A stretch of 64,000 bases of DNA from an uncultured virus (IMG/VR IMGVR_UViG_3300034106_003048) (taxonomy: Duplodnaviria > Heunggongvirae > Uroviricota > Caudoviricetes): the IMG/VR virus record IMGVR_UViG_3300034106_003048; one strand, 5' to 3'. Every line of letters begins with the position of its first letter. Within the stretch, counting starts at the first letter, position 1. Below the pieces are notes generated by a model. That model was given only the letters and a program-made list of their open reading frames with translations, made no database searches and had not been told where the DNA came from. Position numbers and translations under genes: made by a program. Shown here piece by piece: positions 25,693 through 33,985 of this stretch.

Positions 25693-27924
25693 TTATATTT
25701 TATTAGGTTTCTGTTTTGAATATTTTAAAACTTGATTTACTTGAGATCTAGATTGTCTTATTACTCCACCTTCTTTTAATTTTGGAAAACCTGCAGCTTT
25801 CCATTTGTCATATCCACCAGGTCCATACTTTGTATAAAGTTTTTGTAAGTCAGAAGAACTCATATTAAGTATATCATTTCTCTTAGATTGGTTTTTATCT
25901 GCTGTTTTTTTACCAAGTGTTTTTTCCGTAAAATAATCTACCATTTCTCCCATACCTTTTCCAGCAATTCCAGGAGCAGCTAAACCTATAATGCCTTGAT
26001 TCATTTGATTTTTATCTCCTTTATAGATTCCTTGAATAATATCAGAAAAATCTAATATATCATTTACCCCAGGGATAAAATTAGGAATTATATTCATAAA
26101 AGATCTAGTTTGATTAGATTTTTCCATACCAACTTGTCCAAATCTTTTATTCCCCATATTCTTCATAGGAAACTCTGTAACGTAACTTCCAGGAAAAGTA
26201 TAGTCTTCTCCTGGTTGCATCATTATTTGGTTTCCTAGATCATCTATTCCTAAAACAGGAAAGTCTACATCATTCATTGTAATTTGATTACTAGGAATAA
26301 TGTTGTAAGGATTATTTACGTCTGGAGAGTTTCTTTTGTATCCTTCTGTGGATACTCCTCCTTCTTTGTAAATGTTACCTTTTGCGTCTTTTCTAGGTTT
26401 ATACTCTTGAAGTGGAAATTTACTAGTATGAATAAATACTTTATCTAGTTGGTCTTCGGGTACTCCAGCTTTTCTTAAGTACTCTTTACGTTTTTTAGGA
26501 TTATCCCAATAAGATTCTACATTTCCTCCAGCATCAGTATAATACATATCTTTTGTTACAGGTAAGTAACCTGCTAATGTAAATGCTTCTGGATTTTGTA
26601 TTATTGGATAACCTCTTCCACTTTGAGAAAATGCTGCATCTCTTTTATTAATAATAGCATCTCTTCTTGCTAATAAAGCTTCTGCAAGAGGATAGCCAAA
26701 CCCAGTTTCACTTAAAATTGTGCCATAAATGTTACCATCTTCTCCTTTATCTGCAGGTATCATATACTTACCAACTCCTTCATCTTCAGGATTCTCAGCT
26801 ACATAACCTTTGTTTTCAAATGAAAAATACCTTTTATTCAATTTATTGTTTCGCTCCAATGCTACCTCTTCTTCAGTCATCGGTCTAAGCTTTATCTTTT
26901 TTTCTTTTTGAAGATTTATTCCTTTCTCTTTCAAATATTCAGCTATTTCAGGATTAGCTAGAAGCTCTTCTTGCATACTTTCACTATTATTCCAAAAAAG
27001 AGGAGCATAGTTAAAGTCTGGAGTATATGGTTGATATTCTTTTCTATACCCAAGTCCAAAAGGTTGTGGACCTGCTATAGGAGTATTTTCTGGATTAGAA
27101 TCTTTTGGCAATAAATAATAAGTATATAAAGGATTAGTTTCTAAATTTTCAATAGTTGTTTTTTTAGAAGGTTGTCCAAGTCTATCATTAGATGCATCAT
27201 AACCAATAAAAGGTTGACTTTCATTGTTAGCAAAAGATGTCCAAATTCTGTGGGGATTATATCCTTCATAAAATCCAGGCTTTTCTACTAAAGGAAGACC
27301 TCCAAAAGTTTTACCAAAATACATATTTCTTAACTGAGACTCTTCTGGTATAGCTTTTAACTCAAGAAGTCTTTCGGCAGATAGTGAGCCAGATTGTACT
27401 CCTGGAGTATATGGATCAGAATCTGTTATACTTTCATATCCTTGATTAAATCTAGGTAACTGTTCATAAACAGCTTTAAATTCTTCTAAAGTAGGATTGT
27501 ACTCAAATGAATAATTTTTCCATCTATCTATAGGTGTAGGAAAAAGTCTTTCTTGAGTTTGGTTTTTTGAAGCATCCCAAGTTAAATTAGAGTTTGAACG
27601 AAGATCAGTTAATTGATTATTTTTTAATGCAGGATCGGTTGTTAGTGTAGTTCCAAATATTGACTTAGGTTGATTAATTTTTTTTAAAAGTTCTTCTCTA
27701 TTTATAGGACTAGTAGAAAAATTTCCTGAAGAATCTATAGCATTATCATAAAGATTCCAATCACTAGGCAGAGTTGTTTTAGGAGCATGCGGAAACATTT
27801 TATATTCTGGACCAAAAGGTTTTGGAGCAGAATTCTCAGAAGTTTCAGTGCCTACTTGAAACTTAGGTTTACTTTGCCTTTTCTTTTCAGCAAGTTCTTT
27901 AAGATATGATTTATTTATTCCCAC
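25693..27924 (-). CDS. Putative cargo protein, paralog of 27911-29062
   Basis: 743 aa. Shares N-terminus and core with the next gene. Carries an extra NIIPSNQITMNDVDFPVLG...MMQPGEDYTFPG module. Confidence 0.75.
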   Translation of the reverse strand: MGINKSYLKELAEKKRQSKPKFQVGTETSENSAPKPFGPEYKMFPHAPKTTLPSDWNLYDNAIDSSGNFSTSPINREELLKKINQPKSIFGTTLTTDPALKNNQLTDLRSNSNLTWDASKNQTQERLFPTPIDRWKNYSFEYNPTLEEFKAVYEQLPRFNQGYESITDSDPYTPGVQSGSLSAERLLELKAIPEESQLRNMYFGKTFGGLPLVEKPGFYEGYNPHRIWTSFANNESQPFIGYDASNDRLGQPSKKTTIENLETNPLYTYYLLPKDSNPENTPIAGPQPFGLGYRKEYQPYTPDFNYAPLFWNNSESMQEELLANPEIAEYLKEKGINLQKEKKIKLRPMTEEEVALERNNKLNKRYFSFENKGYVAENPEDEGVGKYMIPADKGEDGNIYGTILSETGFGYPLAEALLARRDAIINKRDAAFSQSGRGYPIIQNPEAFTLAGYLPVTKDMYYTDAGGNVESYWDNPKKRKEYLRKAGVPEDQLDKVFIHTSKFPLQEYKPRKDAKGNIYKEGGVSTEGYKRNSPDVNNPYNIIPSNQITMNDVDFPVLGIDDLGNQIMMQPGEDYTFPGSYVTEFPMKNMGNKRFGQVGMEKSNQTRSFMNIIPNFIPGVNDILDFSDIIQGIYKGDKNQMNQGIIGLAAPGIAGKGMGEMVDYFTEKTLGKKTADKNQSKRNDILNMSSSDLQKLYTKYGPGGYDKWKAAGFPKLKEGGVIRQSRSQVNQVLKYSKQKPNKI

Positions 27925-29062
27925 GTTTAGTTTTATAAGAAGTTTTTAATTTAGATTCAACTTTTCCGCCTTTTTTGTAGATATTACCCTGTGCATTTCT
28001 TCTAGGCTTGTATTCTTGGATTGGAAAAGCATTGGTGTGAAAAAGAATATTATTTCTAATATTAGCATCATTTGGTACACCAGCTTTATTTAAGTAAATC
28101 TGTCTAAGTAAAGGATCATTTATACTAGTACTATAACTTCTTCTTTTTAAAGGATCGTAATCATTTGTTTCAATATTAGTATCTTGCCAATCTTGATATA
28201 AATTTAAATCAATAGGTAGGTATCCCATTAAGTTAAATTGAGTAGGGTCTTGTATAACAGTTCCTCCACCAGTAGCTTCTCCTATTGGGTATTTAGAAGC
28301 ATCTCTGCTTGCTAAAATAGATTCAGAAAATGGGTTTGCTCTCCATGGAAAAAATTTTGCTTTCGGGTCTTTCTCTTTTGGGTTAAAGTCTTTTTTAGTT
28401 CTAATTTCATAATCACTATAATCTCTTCTGCTAAAATCATTTAAATCAATACCTTTTTGTTTTGCATACTCTACTATTTCTGGATTTGTTACAAGTTGTT
28501 TTCCATACTCAAGTGAGTTAAACCCGTATTTTGAAAGTTGATCGTCTACTGTAGACATAACCTTTTCATTTTTAGGAGCTAACAAATATAAATAAGAAGG
28601 ATTAGACTGCAGATTTTTTGCTTGAAGACGCTCTTCAGATGGAAGATTTTCTTCTTCAGAAGGATTATATTGATAGTAAGGACCATTTCCTACCCAAGTT
28701 CTGTTTGGCGAGTATCCTAAGTACAGAGCATCTCCTTGTATTACAGGAAGTGTTCCAAATGTTTTACCTATATATTGTTGTTTTGCTTGTTCATCACTAG
28801 GTAGAGCTTGTATTTGTTTAGATCTTTCAAGCTCACTTGGTCCTTGTTGGACTCCAGTCATTTTAGGATTTACGTCATAAACACTTTCATATCCAAAGTT
28901 TATACTAGGAACACTTTCATAAAAATTTTTAAACTCTTTTAAAGTAGGTTTAAAGTCTGAAGTTTTAGAAGTGCCAGTCTGAGTACCTACCTGATACTTA
29001 GGTTTGTTCTGGCGTTTTCTCTCTACGAGCTCTTTAAGATATGAAGAATTTAGTTTTGACAT
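27911..29062 (-). CDS. Putative cargo protein, paralog of 25693-27924
   Basis: 383 aa. Shared blocks with the paralog: PTLxEFK, GYES, GKTFGxLP, QEYKPR..A.GNIYK.GG. Confidence 0.75.
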   Translation of the reverse strand: MSKLNSSYLKELVERKRQNKPKYQVGTQTGTSKTSDFKPTLKEFKNFYESVPSINFGYESVYDVNPKMTGVQQGPSELERSKQIQALPSDEQAKQQYIGKTFGTLPVIQGDALYLGYSPNRTWVGNGPYYQYNPSEEENLPSEERLQAKNLQSNPSYLYLLAPKNEKVMSTVDDQLSKYGFNSLEYGKQLVTNPEIVEYAKQKGIDLNDFSRRDYSDYEIRTKKDFNPKEKDPKAKFFPWRANPFSESILASRDASKYPIGEATGGGTVIQDPTQFNLMGYLPIDLNLYQDWQDTNIETNDYDPLKRRSYSTSINDPLLRQIYLNKAGVPNDANIRNNILFHTNAFPIQEYKPRRNAQGNIYKKGGKVESKLKTSYKTKRGNK

Positions 29063-29075
29063 AGTTTAAAGGAAA

Positions 29076-29468
29076 TTAGCACTTCCAGCGTCTACGAGCT
29101 TGGCGGATTCTTGAGTTAGGATCGTTTTTAGTTTCTGCAGAAGATCTCTTGAGTTGTCCAAGAGAACGAGCACAATAAGACTTTCTGCGATTGGCAGCTT
29201 TACTACCAGGTTTTACTTTACCAGTTACAGCAGTACTTAGTTTAGAACCAGGGTTAGCTCTGCGATAAGCAGCTACTCCCTTTTTAGTCATACCAGCTCC
29301 CTCTTTAGTAGGGCGATAGTTTGCACCTGGTCCTTTAGTGGTATGAGGGATGTTTCCTCCCTTTTTGAAGAAGGGACCCATTTGATCGGAATAGGTCCCT
29401 CCTCCATATTTCATACACCCTTGACCACACGACTTCATGTAAGCGTTTTTTAGTCTAGAGCCTTTCAT
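29076..29468 (-). CDS. Small basic phage protein (DUF6321-like)
   Basis: GMTKKGVAAYRRANPGSKL...RRKSYCARS...DPNSRIRQARRRWKC matches a widespread phage family as I recall it. Needs HMM check. Confidence 0.65.
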   Translation of the reverse strand: MKGSRLKNAYMKSCGQGCMKYGGGTYSDQMGPFFKKGGNIPHTTKGPGANYRPTKEGAGMTKKGVAAYRRANPGSKLSTAVTGKVKPGSKAANRRKSYCARSLGQLKRSSAETKNDPNSRIRQARRRWKC

Positions 29469-29480
29469 AGGGATTTTAAA

Positions 29481-30272
29481 TTAACCGAGTGATTGAAGAT
29501 CTTTACCAGCCATCAAAGGTGCAGGGTATCCAGGCATAAAGCGTCCACCAGCTTGCATTTTCTTTTTACCTTTACCTTTAGGCATAGATTTGCCTTTAGC
29601 ATTATTAGCCATTGCTTTTTTCTTAGCCATAGCTTTTTCTTTCATGCTTTCTTTAAGCATACCGCTTAGAGGATTTTCTTCTTTCATTCCTCCCATTTGG
29701 TAGTAAGAATTAGGAATAGAAGGAGTAGCGTTTTTCTTAGTCTCTTTCATTACGTTCATTCCTTTTTGTCCTTTTGGCTTGTTAATTACACCACGGCCCA
29801 TAAGAATATCCGCTTTAGTAACTTCTCCGTCTTTGTTTAAATCAGGAAATCCACCTTTTTTCATTTTAGGCTTAGATTTTATCATTCCCCCCTTTTTTTG
29901 ATATTGTAGTTGAGAATTTTTAGGTATATCAGCAGCACTCTTCCCCCACATTCTGCCTAAATTAGGTAAACCTTCATAAATAGACTGCATAGTACTTCTA
30001 CTGTCCATGTAATTTTTTAACTGACTTAGTTGATTATCATTTAATCTACCTAATTCATTTTTTATTGGTCCAGCTTTTTTTACAAAAGTTTTGTCAATAG
30101 TTCCCATACCTCTTTTTTGGTGCGCTAAGGATTCTAATTCTTCCGAAGTTAAAGTTCCTCCGCCTTTTTGGTATTTTTTAGAAGTAGACATTTTAGGTTT
30201 ACCAGACATAGAATTCATAAATCCTTTAAGTCCCATGGCTTTCTTAGCCATTTTGTTAGTCATCTTTTTCAT
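29481..30272 (-). CDS. Lys/Met-rich putative head protein with EF-hand-like loop
   Basis: 263 aa with FPDLNKDGEVTKADILMGRGV (DxNxDG loop) and several xKGG/xxGG motifs. Confidence 0.7.
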   Translation of the reverse strand: MKKMTNKMAKKAMGLKGFMNSMSGKPKMSTSKKYQKGGGTLTSEELESLAHQKRGMGTIDKTFVKKAGPIKNELGRLNDNQLSQLKNYMDSRSTMQSIYEGLPNLGRMWGKSAADIPKNSQLQYQKKGGMIKSKPKMKKGGFPDLNKDGEVTKADILMGRGVINKPKGQKGMNVMKETKKNATPSIPNSYYQMGGMKEENPLSGMLKESMKEKAMAKKKAMANNAKGKSMPKGKGKKKMQAGGRFMPGYPAPLMAGKDLQSLG

Positions 30273-30289
30273 TTTATTAAGATTTGTTT

Positions 30290-31573
30290 TTATTTGTATT
30301 TATTAAGATAAGCTTGTTTTAGTTTTGAGGTTTTTCCTCCTTTTTTAAATCCTCTTACATCTACTCCTTGAAAAGGCCAAGTGCTGGGATCTCCATATTT
30401 AGCTACAGCTTTTCTTTTCTGATCAGCATTCATAGTTTGCCATCTTTGTAAAATAGGAGCTGATCCTTTAACTGCAGGAGTAACAGGAGTTACAGGAGCA
30501 GGCTCCCTTGAAGTGGTAGGAGTACTAGTAGTTGGTGTGCTAGTTGTTCTAGAAGTACTAGAAGCAGTAGGAGTGCCACTCATTGGTGGAAGAATTGATT
30601 CAGATTCTGCTTCTCTAGCAGATGTGCCTGTAGATCCAGTTGTGGTTCTACTGGAACTACTTGTTCTAGGTGTTAGAGAAATACTTGTTGATGTTGCAGG
30701 TTTAGGCTTACCATACTTTTTTTCCCAAGCAATTTTTTCTGCTGGAGTTCTTAGTTTGTATGGTTTTACTGAAAGAGGATCATAAGTTAATATACTAGTC
30801 ACAGTTCCTCCTGGAGGAGTTAAACCTAGTGATCTTCTATCTCCAAGATCAAGATCATATGCCCTAGACTTATAAGTTAACTCTTGATTTGGACGTATAT
30901 TTAAATTAACTAAAGTAGAAGGAGCCATAGGGTCAATTACAGAAGGAAGGAGATCTTTATAATAGTATTTATTGCCGGTACCTGATTTAGTTGCAACAAG
31001 ACTTTGTGCAACAGCGTTTCTGTAATCTTGATAAGTTTTATTTGGATAAACATTTTTAAAATACTTATACTCCACAGACTTATCATTATTCTTAGATAAA
31101 ATATCTCTATATGTTTTTAAGCTTTCACTCTTTACCCAATCCATACGTGACTTTAAATCACTATAATAATTAGGCTCAACATCCACAGTTTTATACCAAC
31201 CTTTATTTTTTAAATTATCATAGTATTTCTTAATTGCCACAGCATTATTATAAACTCCTAAACTGTCTGCAAAAGTTGCTCTACCCATTCCTGCTTGAGC
31301 AAACATTTTTCCTCCACTTTTAAGCATACGGTCACTGCCTACTACTTTACCTTTCATATTCATAGCAAGTTTCTTAGCAGCATTTTGAGCAGGAGTCATT
31401 CCTCCGTCTTTCATATACATTCCGTATTCTCCTTTACGCCAAGTACCACCTTTAGACTTGTAGTATTTAGCAGCCCAACCATTTGCGTAGGCTGAAGGAT
31501 ATACATCAAACTTTTGTCTAGCCATAGATTTAGCTTTAGACCAAAGAGATGGGTTATTAGGTTTGTTTGCCAT
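30290..31573 (-). CDS. Putative cargo protein with N-terminal PSAYA module (DUF5872-like half) and Ser/Thr/Pro-rich linker
   Basis: LWSKAKSMARQKFDVYPSAYANGWAAKYYKSKGGTW at the N-terminus. Ends FKKGGKTSKLKQAYLNKYK. Confidence 0.7.
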   Translation of the reverse strand: MANKPNNPSLWSKAKSMARQKFDVYPSAYANGWAAKYYKSKGGTWRKGEYGMYMKDGGMTPAQNAAKKLAMNMKGKVVGSDRMLKSGGKMFAQAGMGRATFADSLGVYNNAVAIKKYYDNLKNKGWYKTVDVEPNYYSDLKSRMDWVKSESLKTYRDILSKNNDKSVEYKYFKNVYPNKTYQDYRNAVAQSLVATKSGTGNKYYYKDLLPSVIDPMAPSTLVNLNIRPNQELTYKSRAYDLDLGDRRSLGLTPPGGTVTSILTYDPLSVKPYKLRTPAEKIAWEKKYGKPKPATSTSISLTPRTSSSSRTTTGSTGTSAREAESESILPPMSGTPTASSTSRTTSTPTTSTPTTSREPAPVTPVTPAVKGSAPILQRWQTMNADQKRKAVAKYGDPSTWPFQGVDVRGFKKGGKTSKLKQAYLNKYK

Positions 31574-31575
31574 TG

Positions 31576-31854
31576 TTATCTTCTTTTGTGATTGTAGGGA
31601 ATTCTTTGAGATGAAGTTTTGCTTGATTTAAATTTAGCTCTTTCTTTGCTTGAAAGCTCAGATGAAGTTTTGGGAGTTTTGCTACTTACTCTTTTTGAAG
31701 GACGACAAGCTGGGTATCCTCTGCTTTCACCTTCTTGGCGACCGCAAGGTTTTCCTGTTTTTATATCTACCCACTTTTCAGCAAACCATCTATCAAGGCC
31801 ACCATGTTGACCTCCTTTTGCTAAAAAAGCTTGCTTAAGTCTTTGTCCTTTCAT
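31576..31854 (-). CDS. Small basic protein (DUF5872-like GLxRWF half)
   Basis: GGLDRWFAEKWVDIKTGKPCGR...YPACRPSKRVSSKTPKT. Confidence 0.7.
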   Translation of the reverse strand: MKGQRLKQAFLAKGGQHGGLDRWFAEKWVDIKTGKPCGRQEGESRGYPACRPSKRVSSKTPKTSSELSSKERAKFKSSKTSSQRIPYNHKRR

Positions 31855-33587
31855 TTCTTTTTAGATTTATATTTTTTATATTGGGTTGCTTGATAGCTAG
31901 AAACTACGGAACCATTTACTCCAGGTATAGACATGCCTCCCATTTGATAAGTTCCTTTGGATACTAATCCTCCTTTATTCATAGCACTAAGTTTTTTTGA
32001 ATAAGTGCCTGTGTGTGCTCTAGATGTATTTTTCCATGTACTAGGAGTTACTTCCCAACTCCTAATTGGTTGTAATACTTGTTCGCCAGGTTTTCCAATA
32101 TGAATATAATGAGCAAATCTATCATCTCTTCCAGGATAAAATTCAGTCTTTAAAAGCTTATTATCATATTTTGGTGGTATAAATTCCCATTGTTGGGACT
32201 TTGCTTTATTTATTACATCAAAATATTTTTTTTCGGTTTCTAAGTCACCAATTTTTTTTGAAAATTCATAATCTAATTTAGCTTCTTTTAATAAAGCTTC
32301 TTTATAATCTGAAATATTTTCATAATCAATGGGAGAAATATTTTTAGGAAACCCTTGTTGAAGAGGAGTTGTTTCTATGCCATCAATTTTAATTTTATTA
32401 AAAGATGGAAGATTAAGGCTATAATAAGAAGAATTATTTTGTGTTATCCAATCTTGCCTATTAGCAGATGAATAATTTGTTGGTCTTTTGCCTTTTACAA
32501 TATATCCTGTTCCGTAAGTGTACCCTTCTGCTCCTGGAACAGAATTAGTCGTATATAATGCATCATAACCTGATTTTTCAAAAAAAGGATCCTCTAAACT
32601 TGCTCTTTCTCCAATTTTTCTACTAGGTATGTGAGTGCCCATATATTCTGCAGCAGCTTTAGGATTATTTATATAATTAATTCCTTTGCTTTCAAAGTCT
32701 TTTACAATACTATTCCACGCTTTAGTACCTTCTTCTTTTCCGTATTTATTTATTAATCTATCTTGCAGTTCATCCCAGTTTGTAGTAACACCTCTGACAA
32801 AAGTATTATGTCTGTCCATCATACCTCTAATAGTTCTGTCAGTAAGTAAATTAGATTGTGCTATTCTATTTATATTTTGAGGAAGTTCGTAGCCATACTG
32901 CTGTGCAAATTTTTGAGCAGCTTGCAAATCAGATAAATTTCTAGAAATACTTGGTTTGCCTAAAGAACTAGCTCCTCTTAAAACTGATTTAGGAACCATC
33001 CTAGCTGCTCCTAAAAGTGGTTTGAACTCAGATACTGCAGGTACTACCTGTAAAGCATTTAATCCAGCTTGGGTTAATCCAGCACCTATTTGTCTAGGAT
33101 CTAGATTAGCTATTCCTTGAGCAGTTTGTCCTAATCCTCTTCCTATATCTTTTCCTGCGTAGTAGTAAGAAAAGGGATTAACTGCATCAAGCAAATCATT
33201 TAGAGGACTAGATGCTCCTCTAGCTCCAGCCCTTCCAGCAAAAGTTAAATTTTTTCTATTTTCATATTCCTTAGCCCATTCTCTATCTGCATCAGTAGTT
33301 TGTCTTATTGTTCCATTTATTCTTCTTCTGAGTTCTTCTGATTCTTTCTCTTTAATAGCTTTTTGTTCTGCAGGAGTTTTTGTTCTTACATATCCTTGAT
33401 CTCTCTGCATACCCATTTGATTAGCCATTTGACTTTTAGATCTAAAGTCAGATTTAAATCTTTTAGGCTTTTTAGCAGTTATCTGTACCTCAGACATAGG
33501 CACAGGATCATACTCAGTTCCAGACTGGAACTTAGGCTTGCGTTTATTAAACGCCTCTTTAAGATATGAAGAGTTAAGCTTGGACAC
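31851..33587 (-). CDS. Putative cargo protein, possibly with an ADP-ribosyltransferase-like domain
   Basis: 578 aa with GTG start. First 11 aa (MSKLNSSYLKE) are identical to 27911-29062. Gly/Ala-rich segment followed by HNTFVRGV...LYTTNS. The ORF is well supported; the ART call is weak. Confidence 0.65.
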   Translation of the reverse strand: MSKLNSSYLKEAFNKRKPKFQSGTEYDPVPMSEVQITAKKPKRFKSDFRSKSQMANQMGMQRDQGYVRTKTPAEQKAIKEKESEELRRRINGTIRQTTDADREWAKEYENRKNLTFAGRAGARGASSPLNDLLDAVNPFSYYYAGKDIGRGLGQTAQGIANLDPRQIGAGLTQAGLNALQVVPAVSEFKPLLGAARMVPKSVLRGASSLGKPSISRNLSDLQAAQKFAQQYGYELPQNINRIAQSNLLTDRTIRGMMDRHNTFVRGVTTNWDELQDRLINKYGKEEGTKAWNSIVKDFESKGINYINNPKAAAEYMGTHIPSRKIGERASLEDPFFEKSGYDALYTTNSVPGAEGYTYGTGYIVKGKRPTNYSSANRQDWITQNNSSYYSLNLPSFNKIKIDGIETTPLQQGFPKNISPIDYENISDYKEALLKEAKLDYEFSKKIGDLETEKKYFDVINKAKSQQWEFIPPKYDNKLLKTEFYPGRDDRFAHYIHIGKPGEQVLQPIRSWEVTPSTWKNTSRAHTGTYSKKLSAMNKGGLVSKGTYQMGGMSIPGVNGSVVSSYQATQYKKYKSKKK

Positions 33588-33591
33588 TTAA

Positions 33592-33981
33592 TTAGGAAAG
33601 AGTCAAGAGATACTGAGTTTTGTTAATTAAGGCACAGATTTCATCAACAATATTCTGAAGTTGACTTTCTTCAAAGATGCCTCTGTTGCTTTCAATGTAG
33701 GAGTAGAGTTGCTTTAAGTGAGCTTGTGCATTGATAAACTCGCTTTGAGGAATCTTAATAGAAGACTTCTTACCGGCTATACCAAAATAAGTTTCAATTA
33801 GATTGTCTGTCAAATCAAGAATACCTTCATAATACTTATTCAAAGCTTTGTGTTCTGCGTAACTTGTAGTCTGCAAATGAGTCAAGTGCATGCAATCACG
33901 AGAGTGAAACAATACTCCAAAAAATACTTCGGGTTTTACAAAAGACTTTGCCATTGTCTTTTTGAATATTTCTGTTGCCAT
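33592..33981 (-). CDS. Ferritin/Dps-like four-helix protein (DUF5856-like)
   Basis: HLTHLQTTSYAEHKALNKYYEGILDLTDNLIETYFG...LQNIVDEICALINKTQYLLTL has the His/Asp/Glu spacing of a ferroxidase-like centre. Confidence 0.7.
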   Translation of the reverse strand: MATEIFKKTMAKSFVKPEVFFGVLFHSRDCMHLTHLQTTSYAEHKALNKYYEGILDLTDNLIETYFGIAGKKSSIKIPQSEFINAQAHLKQLYSYIESNRGIFEESQLQNIVDEICALINKTQYLLTLS

Positions 33982-33985
33982 TTTA

